64,000 nt of DNA from Glaucostegus cemiculus (GCA_976551045.1 CDPCPM010000106.1:22382001-22446000), one strand, 5' to 3'; shown: positions 23,564 through 37,591, counted from the first letter of the stretch. Numbers and translations: made by a program. The notes: generated from the sequence alone by a model not told the origin.

Positions 23564-25899
23564 GTATGATGTAATTTACTTTCTTACTATAATGGCATTT
23601 AAAGGCTTGCATTGTATTTGAAAATTCCAGTTATGCTTCTCAGTAAATTCGTATGCATAGAGATAGACTGACAAAATTATGTAAGTTTTAAGTCACGTTA
23701 TAGGAGCTGTGAGAACCTCTGGACAGTTTAGTTCAGCTAAATAATACTGGTAAAGAACAGTAACCATTCTCATGTGTTCTAAACATCTTCAATCTCTCTT
23801 AGTGGCCCAACTCACTTTGGTTAGACAGAGATCATTGCAGGAAATAATCATGAGTTAGTACAAAATGATCTAATTTGCTTTGGAGAAATCAAATGTCGAA
23901 TAGATCGTAAACAGTAAGGATTTTCCTGACTCAGGCCAATCACGTACATTCACCATTGAACATAGCTGATACTGCATACTTTGTCCAAATCCAAAAAGGT
24001 CATCTTGTTGGCAAAGAATGTTCTGAGCCAAGTGGTAAGGCTGAAATGACATAACAGAAACAAGCACACAATGGTGGGCCAGAACAAGCTCCACCCAAGG
24101 ATTATTTCTGCTAAATCATCACTGGCACCAAAGCTGTAAAGGTTTTCAAAGCTTCTGTATGTCCCTGACCTTGAGAAATAGTTTCTAAAAAAAAAACCTA
24201 TCAAAAATAGCAATTAAAGGTATTATTAAAGTTTAAAAAAATGTAATTAATCACCTAAAAACTTCTAAAAGCTCTTTTAAGTAGTTGATGCAAATGCACG
24301 TAATTTTAAAAGAGAATACCTTAGTCTTCCTTCCTCTTAGGTGCAAAATCCCGGATTTAAAAAAAAGGCTTGCAAACCCCATACCAGGTCTGATCTGATG
24401 CTGGACCTGAAAGTAGGTTTGCAAGCTGGAGAATCTCAGCAAGCTTATGCTCCACTTTTGAATTCCTGGAGCAGAGTGCGGCAATGAAGCACCGCTGGGA
24501 AAATGCTGATGGAGCTTGCCCAGCAAGTTGAATACTTGTGTGTTTGCATGGGAGTCCCAAACTGGCCGGCATACTGGAACTGCTGGCAAGACCCAAGCAA
24601 AATCTAAACTTTTGAATAAATTAGTGTTTTTGTTGGACCTCCTACTGTTAAACAATACTGTTAAACATTACTGTTACACTATAGCATTGTTTTGAAAGCT
24701 AATTTGATTTTAACTTTTATTTAGTGTCCTCTACATGCCAACCATGTAACTTGAAAAATACTTTTTTGTCGCCTCTTAAATTTGGAGTAACCGTTGTTAA
24801 CATTGAATCTTCCCTGCTCAAGGACAGCACATGTTGATTCAGAGGAAAGCTCACTTCTTGATCATCATTGTGGCTCAGTGCAAGATAAGAAGCAATCCCC
24901 CACTGCACTGGTGTGAAATTGCTCAGTTCAGTGAAGAGTGGTCAAAGTGGATCATTTTTGTAGGGATCCTTAACAGTAGCACAAAAGGGAGTCCACACTT
25001 TGAGTATCTTTGATCAGAGATGAAACCCAAGTTTAGCTTTGCCTCCTGTTGTAGCCTATCAGGACTTTTGACGTGTTGGGCCTTGGGACCATCCTTCCTG
25101 AGGCTTACACACCTCTGAGGTCTCCATAAGCCTTGTCACCAAAGCCCCCAGATATAGAAGTTCTGTAAGATCTGACCCCTACATCTAGACCAGGTGTGGG
25201 TGGGCAGGTGTTGTGGGGTCTACAAGTGGCAAACTTGGACAAGTCCAGCTACTTCCATCTGTTTGTGGACTACTCTCCTGCTTGGTTTGTGCCCAACCCG
25301 TTTCAATGAATATTTTCCAGGGTAAAGTTGGTTGTCAAATTCAGATTCAAATTACTCTGCTTTAAGATTTTGTTGCTTCATCCATCATGAGATTCAGATT
25401 CATCATTAAGTTTATTGCATCTTATTCCACAAAGCTGGTCTTGTGAAGTTAATGACATTGTTGTGCTACTTAAGGCACACGTGCAGTTAGTTGCCCTGAG
25501 TTTGCCATGTCATATTTTCATGATGGTAGCTACCTTGCCCATCTCAAGGCACTCTAATTAGCTTGAAGTGGACAATATTCGTTCAGTCATAAATAGCTGC
25601 ATTAAGAGCCTGGAAATAGATGTAGTATTTTGTTCATGTGGGTGTTGGGTGATATGTAGATTGGCAGCATCAAAGGCTTCATCAAAGAAGTTTAATACTG
25701 TTGGATGTTTTGAAATCTCTCTTTCCTAGAAAACATTTCAATTGATTTTGAATATGTCCTTCTCGTTTTCAGACCAAGATATGTATTGGATTTTTGCTTC
25801 CATCAATTAACCATTTCATTGCTAAGATCATGAGGGCCTTGGGGACATGATTGAGTGGTGAATGTGGGATCTGGATGGATGGACAGATTGAGAAGGCTG

Positions 25900-26270
25900 T
25901 TTAAAAACTAATAGGATCCTTGTTAGAAATAGAATTAGAAAGTTAATTTGGTTGGGCGTCAGCTGGAATATTGTGTTCACATTGGGCCATCATGCTTTGG
26001 AAAGTATGTTAATGCATGGAGTCATTGCAGAGACCTGCTTGATTGTTGAGGGTTAAGGATCTAATTTGTGTGGAGAGAGGAGAGAATCAAAGTTTTTCTC
26101 CCTAGAGCTGGGAAAATTAAAGATTTGGTAGAGATGCCTTTAAAGATTAAAAGGGTGGTTGAAACAAATTCAGTAACTTTCAAAAGGTAATAGACTAAAT
26201 TGAAAAAAACTTGCAGAGCTGCAAGATTGTTGGGAAAGAACAGGGGTGTGCTATTGTATATAGCATTTGG
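25900..26270 (+). mobile_element. CR1 LINE 3' fragment
   Basis: ttggttgggcgtcagctggaatattgtgttcac resembles the LVRPQLEYCVQFW motif. Later gatttggtagagatgcctttaaagatt resembles DLIEVFKI. Confidence 0.65.
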
Positions 26271-26334
26271 TTGCATTTCACCAAAATTCTAAATTTTAAA
26301 CATCCATATAATCATTTATTTGTTTGGTTCACAG

Positions 26335-26511
26335 TGCACTAGACTCGGCACTCACCTAGCCAATATGTTGGAGAAATATGAACATTTCCACGAGATTGCT
26401 GATGAGCTGAATATGTGGCTAAAGAGCTCAGAGGCAACTGGAGAAAGGCTTCTGTTGGAAACAATTTCTTCTGATCCAGAAAACTTGCAGAAACAGCTTG
26501 AAGATATCAAG
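26335..26511 (+). CDS. MACF1: MACF1 exon (CTRLGTHL...QLEDIK), 177 nt
   Basis: tcacag|TGC and AAG|GTAAAT. Matches human CTRLGSHLNMLL. Confidence 0.95.
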
Positions 26512-26899
26512 GTAAATCAAAGTTGTTGTTCTGTAAATCACTGCACATTATTGCTTATTCTGAATTATAAGTAGAAATGTGAATGCCTTGAAATAATGTT
26601 AACATGCACCTCAGTCACTGGGGGTTAAGACCAGATGGGAGGTTTTTGAGCTTGATGTCTGAAATAGGAACCTGGGTCACCTTTAACCAATCCTCTTTTA
26701 ATGGAATCCTGACAAAGAACAGGGAGCCAGTCTCCTTCCAGTTGTTGGGTCAATCTTTGAAACTTTTTAAAGAGGCGAAACAATCTGCTACTACTGTGTG
26801 TATATTTTTTAACCATGTTGTATGGGTTTACTAGACTTTGGTAGCCACATTGACATTTAACTGGGACCCAGTGACTAATTACATTGATGGCAGAGTTTT

Positions 26900-27370
26900 G
26901 GATTGTCTCAAGTTTACAATAGTAGAACAGGGGAGGCCAGCAAAGAGTTATTGGAATAATCAGGTATGCAGATTACAAAGATGAGAGTTTCAGCAGCAGA
27001 TGAGGCAAGGTGGGAGGAAAGTGGTGATTTTGGACTTGAATATATGATACAAAGTTCATCTTGAGGAGAGATTTGTTTGTAAGGTTACAAAGAGTGAGGT
27101 TTATTGTAAAGAAATCTGGAGTTGGTGATTAGGGAATTGGAATCTGTGGCAGAAAGACAAATTGGTGGCTTCAGTTTTCACAATATTAAGTTGGAGAGTG
27201 TTCCTCCAGTTAGAGAAACGGTCTGACCACTTAGTGTGAGTAGATGGGTTGGGGGTTGATGTTGGTAAGGTAAAGCTGTGTGCGGTCAGTGTCTGTGTGG
27301 AAATTGATGTTCTGTACTTGGGGAGCATTGCTGAAGTGCATCACATATTAGTGTGAGGGAGCAAGATGCA
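26900..27370 (-). mobile_element. L2 LINE RT fragment
   Basis: The minus strand gives W..NTLQLNIVKTEA and a decayed (Y)ADDTQLY motif. Confidence 0.65.
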
Positions 27371-28235
27371 GTTATATGGAACTCAATGTAACACAACCTA
27401 TTGTTGTCAAATCTGTGTCCGTGTTGCTGAAGAGCCAAATGAGCTCTGTATGTGAAGCAATCTATCATAAAGTTTTCTGCACATGGCACAAACTATCAAA
27501 GTTTTTGAATATTTTCTTGGGACCTGGTGAACCTGCCAAGGTTGGTGGTTATTGGCTATTCATTCTTGACCTGTTTGTAGTTTACTGGGGGCATTTTGGG
27601 GCCAATCAAGAGACTGGAGTTGCATATAGACTACATGAGGATGGTGACCTCAACAACAGAGGAGAGTGCTCAAACACTAGACATATTAAATACTTATAAG
27701 TACTTAATAATATTGATAAATGTAGATTTTTTTTGATCTAGTGATATGTTAAAGCCATGAAGCACTTTTTATTTTAATATGTTTACCAATTAGTGGTTAA
27801 ATAGTAATATATACTGGGAAAGGATATATTATTTGGCAATATGAGTCACCTTTTTATGAGCCTTCTGTGAACTGCCAGGCATGGTTGGCTGCTCACAACT
27901 AACCTCTCATCATTTGTCCAATTGGCCATTTCCGAGTAAGTCCACAAAAGTCTATCACAGTGGGGCATATCATAACCAAACCAACTGTAAGTCTTCCAAA
28001 ATATGGGGTTGCTAGGTCCTTGCTAATGCAAACATCCCCACCCACAAAGCAGGCCATTGTGTCGAGGTTACTTGTGATGTTTTTACTTCATCTTCTTTCC
28101 AGTCTGTACATCTCTGTGACACATGAGTACAATATCTAAATCCGTCAAGCCATCAGTTGAGCTAAGTGGTCCTTTATACAGAAAGAAGGATTAATTTAAT
28201 GATGGATGAGTCATTGTGTAATTTTGCAATTACAG

Positions 28236-28359
28236 GTGCTTCAGGGAGATGTAGCTGAACACCAAGTCAGTGTAGAAAAGTTACAGAAAGCAGCAAACTC
28301 CCTAATGTTATTGGATGATGACCTTGTACCAAACCAGGATCAAATTCGACAAACAACAG
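28236..28359 (+). CDS. MACF1: MACF1 exon (VLQGDVAEHQVSVEKLQK...QTT), 124 nt, phase 0-1
   Basis: ttacag|GTG and G|GTATAA. Matches human AEHQVPVEKLQK. Confidence 0.93.
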
Positions 28360-30057
28360 GTATAATTTCAGCTTTAGCTGTTTATATCAAAATGTGGTTC
28401 TGTAATTACAACAAATAGAAAGTAATGCTGCTTTCCAGTAAATCGTACATCTTCAGTATATGTAAATAATATCGGTGATCCACCAACCTCTCTGAATCTT
28501 TCTAAAATATTTATTATAATTGATTAGCTTTCAAATGTTGAGTTATCTTTACATAGCAGATCATAAATGTGCAATCATTTGATAAACACTGCTGAACACC
28601 TTGAAGTAAATAAAATTTATCATCTTCTAAAGAAGTGCACGTTTAAAGAAAGGTTTCAAATTAAAATGCAGTATTTCAGAAAGTTCAATGATACTTCAAA
28701 GATCGCCTTCCTCTACTAAATTGTGGGAACTGATTCAGACAAGTATGTCAGAATCCCAATAGTATTGCAAAACGCATATTTATTGAATGATGTTTCTGCT
28801 AGAGTGGCACATAGTTTAAGTGTTAGGTTGTATGAAACTACTGCATGAGAAGTATCTAATAGTTTAGAATCGTTGGGCTAATTTTGCCTTATTTGGAGCA
28901 TTGAAAGTGAAAATAGCACCAAATGGGAATTCCTGCAGAGAATTGTTCCAATCAAAGCGAGACACTAGCATTAAGTTATTAAAGAAACTAATTAGGCTCT
29001 AGTTGTGCCATACCTGTCAGCTGCTCTTCAAATGCTGAGGAAATTGATTGGAAATCAGACAACTTTCTAATAATAGACAAAGTAAAAGTATACAGGGAAT
29101 CTGAAACAAATCAAAAAAAATGCTGAAAGTACTGAGTTCAGTCAGGAGTTGGAATGAACAAAGAATAATTGAAATTTCAGTGTTGCTTTTCTTTTTCCAG
29201 ATGGTCCATCAACTTAACTATTTTCTACATATTCTTGTTATTTATTCTGTTTTTTCCTAAATTCCAAATTGGCTATAATTGCTGCTATTTTTCTGCATTT
29301 ATCTTGTAAGTAATTTATAAAAATAAATATATTGTGGTCAAATAAATGATTATAAAGAAATGGTATAGTGTTAAGCAAAAGGCACTTAGTAAATGTGAAC
29401 ATCTGGTAGTGATGCATTCAAGGAAGTATTTGGGCTGTGACGGCACAAAGACCCACAATGAGAGCTAATTTTTCATGCTCTGCTGGGAGTAGAGTGAGGA
29501 ACCATGCATCTGAGCACCCCAACAGTGCAGGATGTGCTGCTGGAACCACAGTTCTGGTGAGAACTTACACAGCTGTTATCAGAGCCTGCCCCATTGAGCA
29601 GAATACTCTTTGTGTTTCTGCTGCTGATCCTCCTCCCTCCACTTCACCTGCTCCTCTTGTTGGTGGGTAAAAGGAGTTGAAGTAAAAGTGCTTTTTAAAA
29701 AAAAAGTTGCACATGGCTGAATGGTTTAATCCTGTTCTTCTGTTTCTCTCTCCTCACTTTGCTTTTGCAAATTCCCCCTCCTCTTTCTTTTCCACATTTC
29801 ATTCCTAACATGCATTTTAATCCGACTTCCCCCTCTCTTTTATTTCATTCTGTGCTCACTTTTTTCTCTCACATTTCCCTTTTTACTCCTGTCTCCTTCC
29901 TTTAACAATTTACTTAAAAGTGCAATTCATCTTTAATCCTTGTTACTTTCTCCAAATAAATATTAAATTTATTTTTATGACAACTCAAACTTTATATGGT
30001 AAAATCTTTGAAAACACTTCTAAATGTCTGTGTAACAGAGTCTTGTGTTCCTTTTAG

Positions 30058-30266
30058 ATTCTATTGCACAGAGGTACAAGAGTTTGTCCAAGGTAGTTTC
30101 AGAGCACAACGAGAAGTTGCAAGTGTCAATTGCTCAGTCTCAAAATGTTCAAGAAGGTCTGGATAATTTACTGAACTGGTTGGAAGGTGTTGAAAAGAGT
30201 TTGAAAAATCAGGATAATTTGCCACTGTCGTCTGCTGCATTCCAGGATGTCCTTGCCCAAAACACT
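30058..30266 (+). CDS. MACF1: MACF1 exon (DSIAQRY...IAQSQNVQEGL...QNT), 209 nt, phase 1-0
   Basis: cttttag|AT and ACT|GTGAGT. Confidence 0.93.
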
Positions 30267-30628
30267 GTGAGTTTTCACCTGGGCTGTGCTTTTTTAGAGC
30301 AGTTAAATGAGCCATAATTTGAAAAGCTTTGATAGTTTTATCATATTTTGTGTCACAGTTTCATAATCATATTATGATTTTCTGGCATACTCTACCTAAG
30401 CAGTTTCCTTGCCCGGTCAGCAAATGTGTATAGTTAGAAGACTGTTAATGCTTTCTCTCCATAATCCCCCATCCCCCTCTCACTACAATACAGATATTAA
30501 TTTCAGTCAAAGCATATTGGAACAAGCAATTGCTGCTTAGAGCAATAAAATTAGAAGTATGAAATGTATGCTGAAATCCAATTATGTACAGTACTTTAAA
30601 CAAGAATGTGTTTTCTAAAATTTTTCAG

Positions 30629-30946
30629 AAATTAAAACAGGATATTGCTAGTCATCAAAGCAGCATTAACACAATCCAGGATATGGTTCATGGTTTTATT
30701 GAAAATACGGATGGAGCAACTGCTTCCTCGCTGCAAGAGAAGCTTGAGCAGTTAAATAGCCAAGTGCAAGCGGTGTGTATTGAACAGCAGGAGAAGGAGG
30801 AGAAGCTGAGAAAACTGCTACCCAAAATGGAGCAGTTTGAGAAACTGGTGCAGGACGTTGGACAGTTCATGGAAAGTAAATCTCAGAGCCTGGCAGCTGG
30901 AGGAGATCCCAATAAAGATATCGCTCATTTTTCACAGAAAATGCTG
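30629..30946 (+). CDS. MACF1: MACF1 exon (KLKQDIASHQSS...DIAHFSQKML), 318 nt
   Basis: tttttcag|AAA and CTG|GTGAAT. Matches human KLKQDIARQKSS...QQQEKE. Confidence 0.93.
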
Positions 30947-31699
30947 GTGAATACATTGTAAACTTCTACTTCTGGCTTAAGTACACCATTGTTCATTTAA
31001 ACAACACTAAAAATATTATACATAGCTGAATGCCAAAACAAAACTACTACAGTTGACCTGCTAGCAAGCTGTTTAATATGTCAAATATCTATATCTAGCT
31101 CCATTCGCAACTACTTAGCTAATGAAATATTCCCTGTCCAATATATTTATCCTTACACTCTTTTTTGGAATCTGGGCTCTTGTAGCTTGTCCTTAATTGC
31201 TCTTGTGAAGGTGAAGATGAACTACCTTCTTGATAGGTGATGGTACTTGCACTTGGCCAACATGTGTGCCACAGTACTGCTAAGTAAGCAAGAACTTGAC
31301 CACCTTCCATGGATGTGCCACTGCTCAGATTCCCAGCACCAAGCTCTTGAGTCCCGATCTAAACTGGAGTAAACAGGAGGCTGGGTTTCTGAGGGAATTG
31401 GCTCAGTTTCTGACTGCCCATAGCTCCAATTACAAGGCACATAATGAGTATGATGGGATGTGCTCCACTCACCTGTATAACACTGCTACTACGTAGGCCG
31501 ACCCTTGAGATTGAGGATGATTTGCTACCGCTCTGGATCCATGGGTCCTAATAACTACTGAGGCCAGTGCTGAAACCAAGAGGCTTCCACAGAAGGGGCA
31601 GGAGATGCCACTATAAGTACAGCTGTAACAATACCAAGGACATGCAACATCATCCAGGATTCTGCAGTTCACTTGATTAGTGCCTTGTCACATAGCTTA

Positions 31700-32110
31700 T
31701 GCATCTAATTCTATCATCTATCACCATGGTAGTGTGCACCACCTACTGGATGCAGTGTAAAAGCTCGCCAACATTCTTGAACATCATTTCCCAAATCCAC
31801 GACCTAAATCACAAAACCTGAAAGAATAACATCAGATACACAGCAAAATAATTAGCTCCTGGTTCCCCTCCTAATCACCTCCTTGCCATATTGCTGACTT
31901 GGACATGAACTACCATTCCTTTGTTGTTGCTGGTTTGAAAGCCTGAAACATCACCCACATCCTCACTCTCCCAACCAATCTCGCTCTCTAAACTAAATAG
32001 AATTGCAAGTTCCTTCATTACATGTCAGTGGTTGGAGAATGTGCTCCACCACAGCCATCTTGAAGGTGTGCAATGAGTTCTGAACCAACCAGTGATGATC
32101 TTGTGTTAAA
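31700..32110 (+). mobile_element. Decayed LINE 3' tail, same family as 20800-21960
   Basis: gtgtgcaccacctac..gatgca..ttcccaaatccacgacct..ggttcccctcc..ctgacttggac..accattcct shared with the 21600-21900 segment. Confidence 0.5.
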
Positions 32111-32420
32111 AGTAAATACTTATTTTAAATGAGTTTGAAGTATCCTTAGTTTATTTTTCAACATTTAATTATATTATTGTAATACTGCTCTCGGGCAACA
32201 CCTTCCTTTGATGAGCCTGTTAATTTGAATTTCTTGTGCTCTTGAGTCAGTTTATCAGAATTCTATAATATTAATTTAGGAGAATGCTGAGATTGGGGAA
32301 GGATCCCTCTCCAGTGTGATTTGTATTGTTTTCATTCAAAGAGCAGCACTGGCATTGGTCAGTGAGAGCAGCCAGGCTACCATTTTTAATTACAAGTGAC
32401 TATGTGTTTACTTACCACAG

Positions 32421-32587
32421 GACGCAAGCACAGAAATGGTGAAGCAAAGAGGAGACCTACAGACTCTACAGCAACTAGCAGAAGAGCTGACCGCATTTGG
32501 CATTTCAACAGAAAAGAATCAGCTCATGGAGACTGTCAAAGACCTAACCAGAGGATACAAAAATCTAGAACTGAATATTAAAAAGAG
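32421..32587 (+). CDS. MACF1: MACF1 exon (DASTEMVKQRGDLQTL...NIKK), 167 nt, phase 0-2
   Basis: cttaccacag|GAC and AG|GTAACA. Phase fits both neighbouring exons. Confidence 0.88.
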
Positions 32588-34729
32588 GTAACAGACAATG
32601 ATTTCTCACTAGGACATTGCTGGACCATTTATGAGCCATGTTTGGCTCTATGGAGCTATAGGCCCAGAGTTCATTAAATTAATGAATTATCGTTGCTTTG
32701 AAAAAAAAATGCTGTCTAAAATGTCAAAATGAATATGATTATTTTGAGCAGCTTGCTTCAGCGTGAATTTGTCTTTTAATTTTTATCCCACTATTTTTCT
32801 TTCTTTCTTTTGTTTTCTTTCTCAGACCCATCAATTTTCATCCAATGATCAAATAGCCTTTTTTTCAGGCCTCCAGTAACATTGCCCTTCAACCAGGCAA
32901 TAGGTTGTGTAAGATTGGTCAGGTCATTTAACACTCTGGCTTTCTTTGCAGTGGTGGAATGAGTTGTATCTTAGATGCAGCCGGGGAAGCATTTAAGACA
33001 TGATGTCTTCAAGTGGCAAAGGTGTGAATGGGGTTTTAATGGCAGTTGAGGTAACAAAGCACAAGACAGGTGTTCTCTGTGATGGCCAGAATGTCGGGTT
33101 GGAACAAGGCTCAAGATTATAAATTGTTTACCATCTAAATTTAGGTGAAAAGTAGTGTTATCTCAATACTTCCAGCAAACTCTTTGAACACCAGGTTTTT
33201 GAAATGGAAAAGGAACAATTCTGGATCACCTCAATTTTACTGCAGTAATTCTGTTAAATTTTAGATTATCCACTGTGATCACTTCTGGATTCCTTTGTAA
33301 TTGGGTATAATGAGAATCATTAACATTTTGGTCCTCTGCTGTTCAATATCCTTTATTTGAAAGACATTAGTCATTGTTTTGCCAAACTTAGTGAAATATC
33401 TTCTCTCATCAGAATCTTTGCAGTTGGGCATATTATGTTGCCATAAATGTAAGGCCTACTTGTTGATTTGTTCAGCAGCATTGATTTGTAGACCCAAGTT
33501 GTCCATTCTTAGCATTTAATCAAAATTAAAGCTGACTTTTTCTTTGAGAATCACTGGATTAGTTTAAAATGAGCAGGTTTGTACCATTCTATTTGTATGC
33601 ACAATTACTTGTTCCCTAAATACAAAACAACATATTTATCATCTTTCAAATTCTTTATTTATAAAGAAGTGCTTTATAAATAACAGGCTCAAACTGGCTT
33701 TGTGTTCTGAGAGAGATAAAGCTATTGATAATGTGCTATAAAATTGACATTGATTTGCAGCAAAACCTGATTTGATATCAGTTATTTTTTGCCCACATAG
33801 TTTTGAGCACAGTTAATTTGCCACAGAGTCAGGGTGGTGATCAGTAGCTCAGAATTTCCAGGCAGTGGTGAGCTGTCACTCTTGCTGCTCTGTATCTCCC
33901 AGGTCCACACTAAGCTGGATTGTGTCTTCTGTCAACTTCCTGAACAGAGCTGGATTCAACAGGGCTGTGCAGGGCAGGGCCTTGGAGCTGTATGTTGCAG
34001 ACCCTGCCCAGAGGCCTCCAGCTTACCTGTCATCAACGCACAGAGCTTCAATGTTTTCGAATATCTGTGACAGTCACAAACATTCAAAATCATTAACTTT
34101 TAATCGCACGTTTAACTATTGAATGTATTTTTATATAGGCAATAATGAATACTTGCGTGTAATTAATCATTTTTGTTTGAAGATAATGATCCAAACTTGC
34201 CTTGCACTCTCATGGCTGTTCCTCTCTATTTAAATGAATGGAGTCACTGAATAGCGGACAGATTTTCTGGGATAACTGCTGGGAAATGGCAGGAAATTAA
34301 CACTTTCTTGTGGACCCCAAGCAGAATGCAACATCGGTGTGTAGTTGGGAAGTTTGGGAGTTCAGGACCTCCCCATTCTTGAGAATCATGTGGGAGGGGA
34401 ATGCTGGCAATTCCACATGGAAAATTGAGACCAAAGTAAATAAGTGCCTGCTTGGAGTTAACACATGTATCTGAAATTCGTCCTCCTATTCAGAAAGAAA
34501 TAAAAGTGTTACTTGGTGTGGTCTTTATCTAGTAGTCAGCATTACCATGGGAAATTAGGAATGATGGTGGGGAAGCAGCAAATAAAATAAGAATAATTGA
34601 CTTTGTAGTTGTATCAGTAAACCAGGTATGTATTCTGAAACAGTTCAATATGCCAGCAATTCCAGCATTAGTGGCATTTTCTAATAAAAGAAGATTATGT
34701 ACGGCACTGATTGAGTCTCTATTTTTCAG

Positions 34730-34886
34730 GGAGGAAGAGGCAATATCCTGCCAGCAGTCTCTGAGCGAGTTCACTTCTCTGGTTGAATCCATTAGAAAAT
34801 GGTTAAAGGAAACCGAGGCAAACATTCCAAATTTTGAATCAGCACTTAATACAGACATGATCGAGAAACAGATTCAAGAAGTAACG
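34730..34886 (+). CDS. MACF1: MACF1 exon (REEEAISCQQSLSEF...KWLKETE...EVT), 157 nt, phase 2-0
   Basis: atttttcag|G and ACG|GTATGT. Matches human SCQEQLDEF...KWLKETEGSIP. Confidence 0.92.
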
Positions 34887-35194
34887 GTATGTTTACATAA
34901 AATATGTGGTAATTGTGCTTGTTTAAGGAATGTCATGAATTTTTAATTTTAATGTGCAGGATGACTTGAAGATTAAATAATCTGTAGTCAGGCAAGTTTA
35001 CTTGGCATGTTATGTTGAAACACTTCCTGTTATTTGGTGGAGGATGGGAGGGAGAATGATCCCATCCAGGACGATGAAGTCATCATGTGAACTAATTGTT
35101 CATGATGTTCTCAGAAAAGAAGCACAATAAAAGCAAGTCTCTGTTGGCAAAAGTTTGAATAAAATAGTATGATGCGGCTTATTTTGATCAACAG

Positions 35195-35321
35195 GTCCTG
35201 CTGGAAGATTGGTCAGCAAAATCTCCACAAATTCAAGAAATAAACCATAAAGGAACTGAGTTAGAAAGTCTCATCATGGAAATAACATCACCTGATACAA
35301 CTTTGTTAACCAGCAAAACAG
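35195..35321 (+). CDS. MACF1: MACF1 exon (VLLEDWSAK...LESLIMEITSPD...KT), 127 nt, phase 0-1
   Basis: caacag|GTC and G|GTATCA. Matches human LLDDWASK...LENLIMEITAPD. Confidence 0.92.
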
Positions 35322-35519
35322 GTATCATTATGGATCAAGAAAAATGCAGTTAACTTGCCACATTTTAAATAATTTTATCTTTTGCTTTAATGTTCCATTT
35401 ACCATTAAAAGAAGGAACACAAGTTATTTGCTGAAAAACTCTTTGAAAACAATTCTGTCATCATCTTAGAATGTGTAAGAGTAGATACGAATTATTTTTT
35501 TTTTCTCTTACCTCTAGTA

Positions 35520-35840
35520 GAGTCATTAGGAACAGGCCCTTTAATCCGCTGAGTCCATGCTGACCATAAAGCACCCATTTACACTAATCCAATTCTATTC
35601 TCCCACTTTCCCGTCAACTCTTCCCAGGTTCTGCCCTAGAGGCAATTTGGAGAGGCCAATTACCTTACCAACCCGCATGTCTTTAGGATGTGGGAAGAAA
35701 TCTGAGCACCCAGAGGAAACCCATGTCATCACAGGGAGAACATGCAAACTCTATATAGACACTTCCCGAGGTCAGAATCAAACCCAGGTCACTGGAGCTG
35801 TGAGGCAGTGGCTCTACCAGCTGCACCACTGTGGCCCCCA
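35520..35840 (-). mobile_element. Near full-length V-SINE (HE1-like)
   Basis: The reverse complement has a tRNA-like head (gggccacagtggtgcagctggtagagc..ctgggtttgattctgacc), a V-domain and a CR1-like tail. Confidence 0.88.
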
Positions 35841-36819
35841 ACCTGACCCTGAAATTTTCCACCCACGAATTCATGCCTGCGCTACCATATTTTTACTGAA
35901 TAATTTTGTAATGCCACATATGAAATATACACAGGAACTAATAAGGTTGTGTTACTAGTTGTTTCTTGTAATGTCCTATTGTTTCTCATGTTTCTGTTTT
36001 GAATTATATATTTAAATGTGATTTAATTTCTTACCAATCACAGTTTCTAAATTGTGTATTCTTACTTCATCAGTGTGCTTACTATGTTAACATAGACTAA
36101 TTTGGTCAATATTCTTTTCATCTCTAGTTTATATTTTTTTTATTAGTAAAGCAGCAGTGTACTTGTTTAATCTTATAATTGATTTGGCTTTATATATCTA
36201 ATTATGAGTATTGTATATATATTCAAGTGTACAGCTTATTCTTAACTATCTCTCAATATGACTAATAAGTTGTTGCACTTTCCATGACTTAATCTGCAAT
36301 CAATTGGATTGTTTTAACGTAAAATCTATGTGCTGCAGAAGAATCTTGTCCATGGATAAATTTGAGAGACAAGTCACTGCAGATGCTGGAATCTGGAGCA
36401 AAAGCTCCTCCAGCAGAGTGCTTTTTGCTCCACAGATACATTTATCTGCAATATGATACTAAAACTAAATAATCTATGATGCAGTAGCTTTTGTGTGTTG
36501 TACTTCACCTGCAGAACTCTGTTCCATTCACTTCAGTTAATCCAAATTTTGGAAGCAGGGTACAATGTACACGTGCTCCTAATTTGTATTTTTAGAGCAT
36601 GCAGTGGAGAAAAAAGTTTCAATGACACCCAAACGCAACTGTCTACATGAGGCAGTTGGTTACGCTGAGCTAAAGTGGCCTCTTTTCTTCAGTCAGTGGA
36701 AGTTATTTCCAGCAAGGGGAAGACGATGCATCCAATGTGGTAGAATTCAAATTAAATACTCTTGACTAGAAATGAAAAGGGGAAAAAAAGTTACTTTTAC
36801 CTTGCACTTTTCACAACCC

Positions 36820-37210
36820 TTTACAGATGGCTTTATGGCCAATATTTGTGAAGTAGAGCCACTGACATGAAGTAGGGAAACATGATAGCTGGTTTACGCA
36901 CTTTAAGAATGCCCAAACAAAAATGACCAAGCGACATTGATTGCAGGATAGATATTGGCCTGGACAATGGAGAGTACCTTTGCTGCTCTTCAAATGGTAA
37001 CATGGAATCTTCTACATTCATTCAAAAAAGCAGATAATTTATGGTTTGAGGGCTTATCCAAAACTTTGCACCTGCATTAATACAATTGTATTTCATTGCT
37101 GCAAAAAATGTGTCAATCTGAAGTGCACAGAATCTCTGAGGTGATGTATGAAGTCATGGCCATCTGAAACAGAAGCAAATGTGCTATCACTATTAAAGCT
37201 GAACACTTGC
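36820..37210 (-). mobile_element. DeuSINE (SacSINE1/AmnSINE1-like), decayed
   Basis: gatagatattggcctggaca..tgctgctcttcaaat..catggaatcttctacattca..ggttt matches the reverse complement of the Deu domain. Confidence 0.6.
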
Positions 37211-37528
37211 ACGTTAGGAGAGTTTCCAAAAAAAATTAAAAATGCTGCCCAGTTCAATACATACACTAGTGTATACAAAATGGATTATGACAAATGTAAC
37301 TGAAAATGTCCATGATTGCTGCATCCAGGAGTACATCTAAAATTTGTGCACTGCTGCAACACAGTTCAAAGCTTTTTGTTTTCACTTTTTAACAAAATGC
37401 TTCATCTGTAAACATATGTGCTTGTTCTTGTCTTGTAATGTTCCGCTAAGGGAACCTGTGTCTGTGCTCAGTTTGTTCTTAACATTGGCTGTCCCGTGCA
37501 CTGTTCTGTCTCCCTGTTGTTTACTTAG

Positions 37529-37591
37529 GTTCTGTGCTGATGAATGGTGGAGTGACTGCACCTAGTATGAATGGGTACCACAGAAACAAAG
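37529..37591 (+). CDS. MACF1: MACF1 63-nt symmetric (phase 1-1) linker exon GSVLMNGGVTAPSMNGYHRNK, probably an alternatively spliced cassette
   Basis: ttacttag|GT and AAAG|GTGAGA. Resembles human GSILPSVGSSVGSVNGYHTCK. Confidence 0.85.

Noticed and set aside
24341-24412. Possible 72-nt phase 0-0 exon (cttcctcttag|GTG...AAA|GTAGGT)
   Set aside because: It would insert a non-helical peptide into the continuous conserved helix LHSK|CTRLG and has no recognisable homology. Likely a cryptic chance match.
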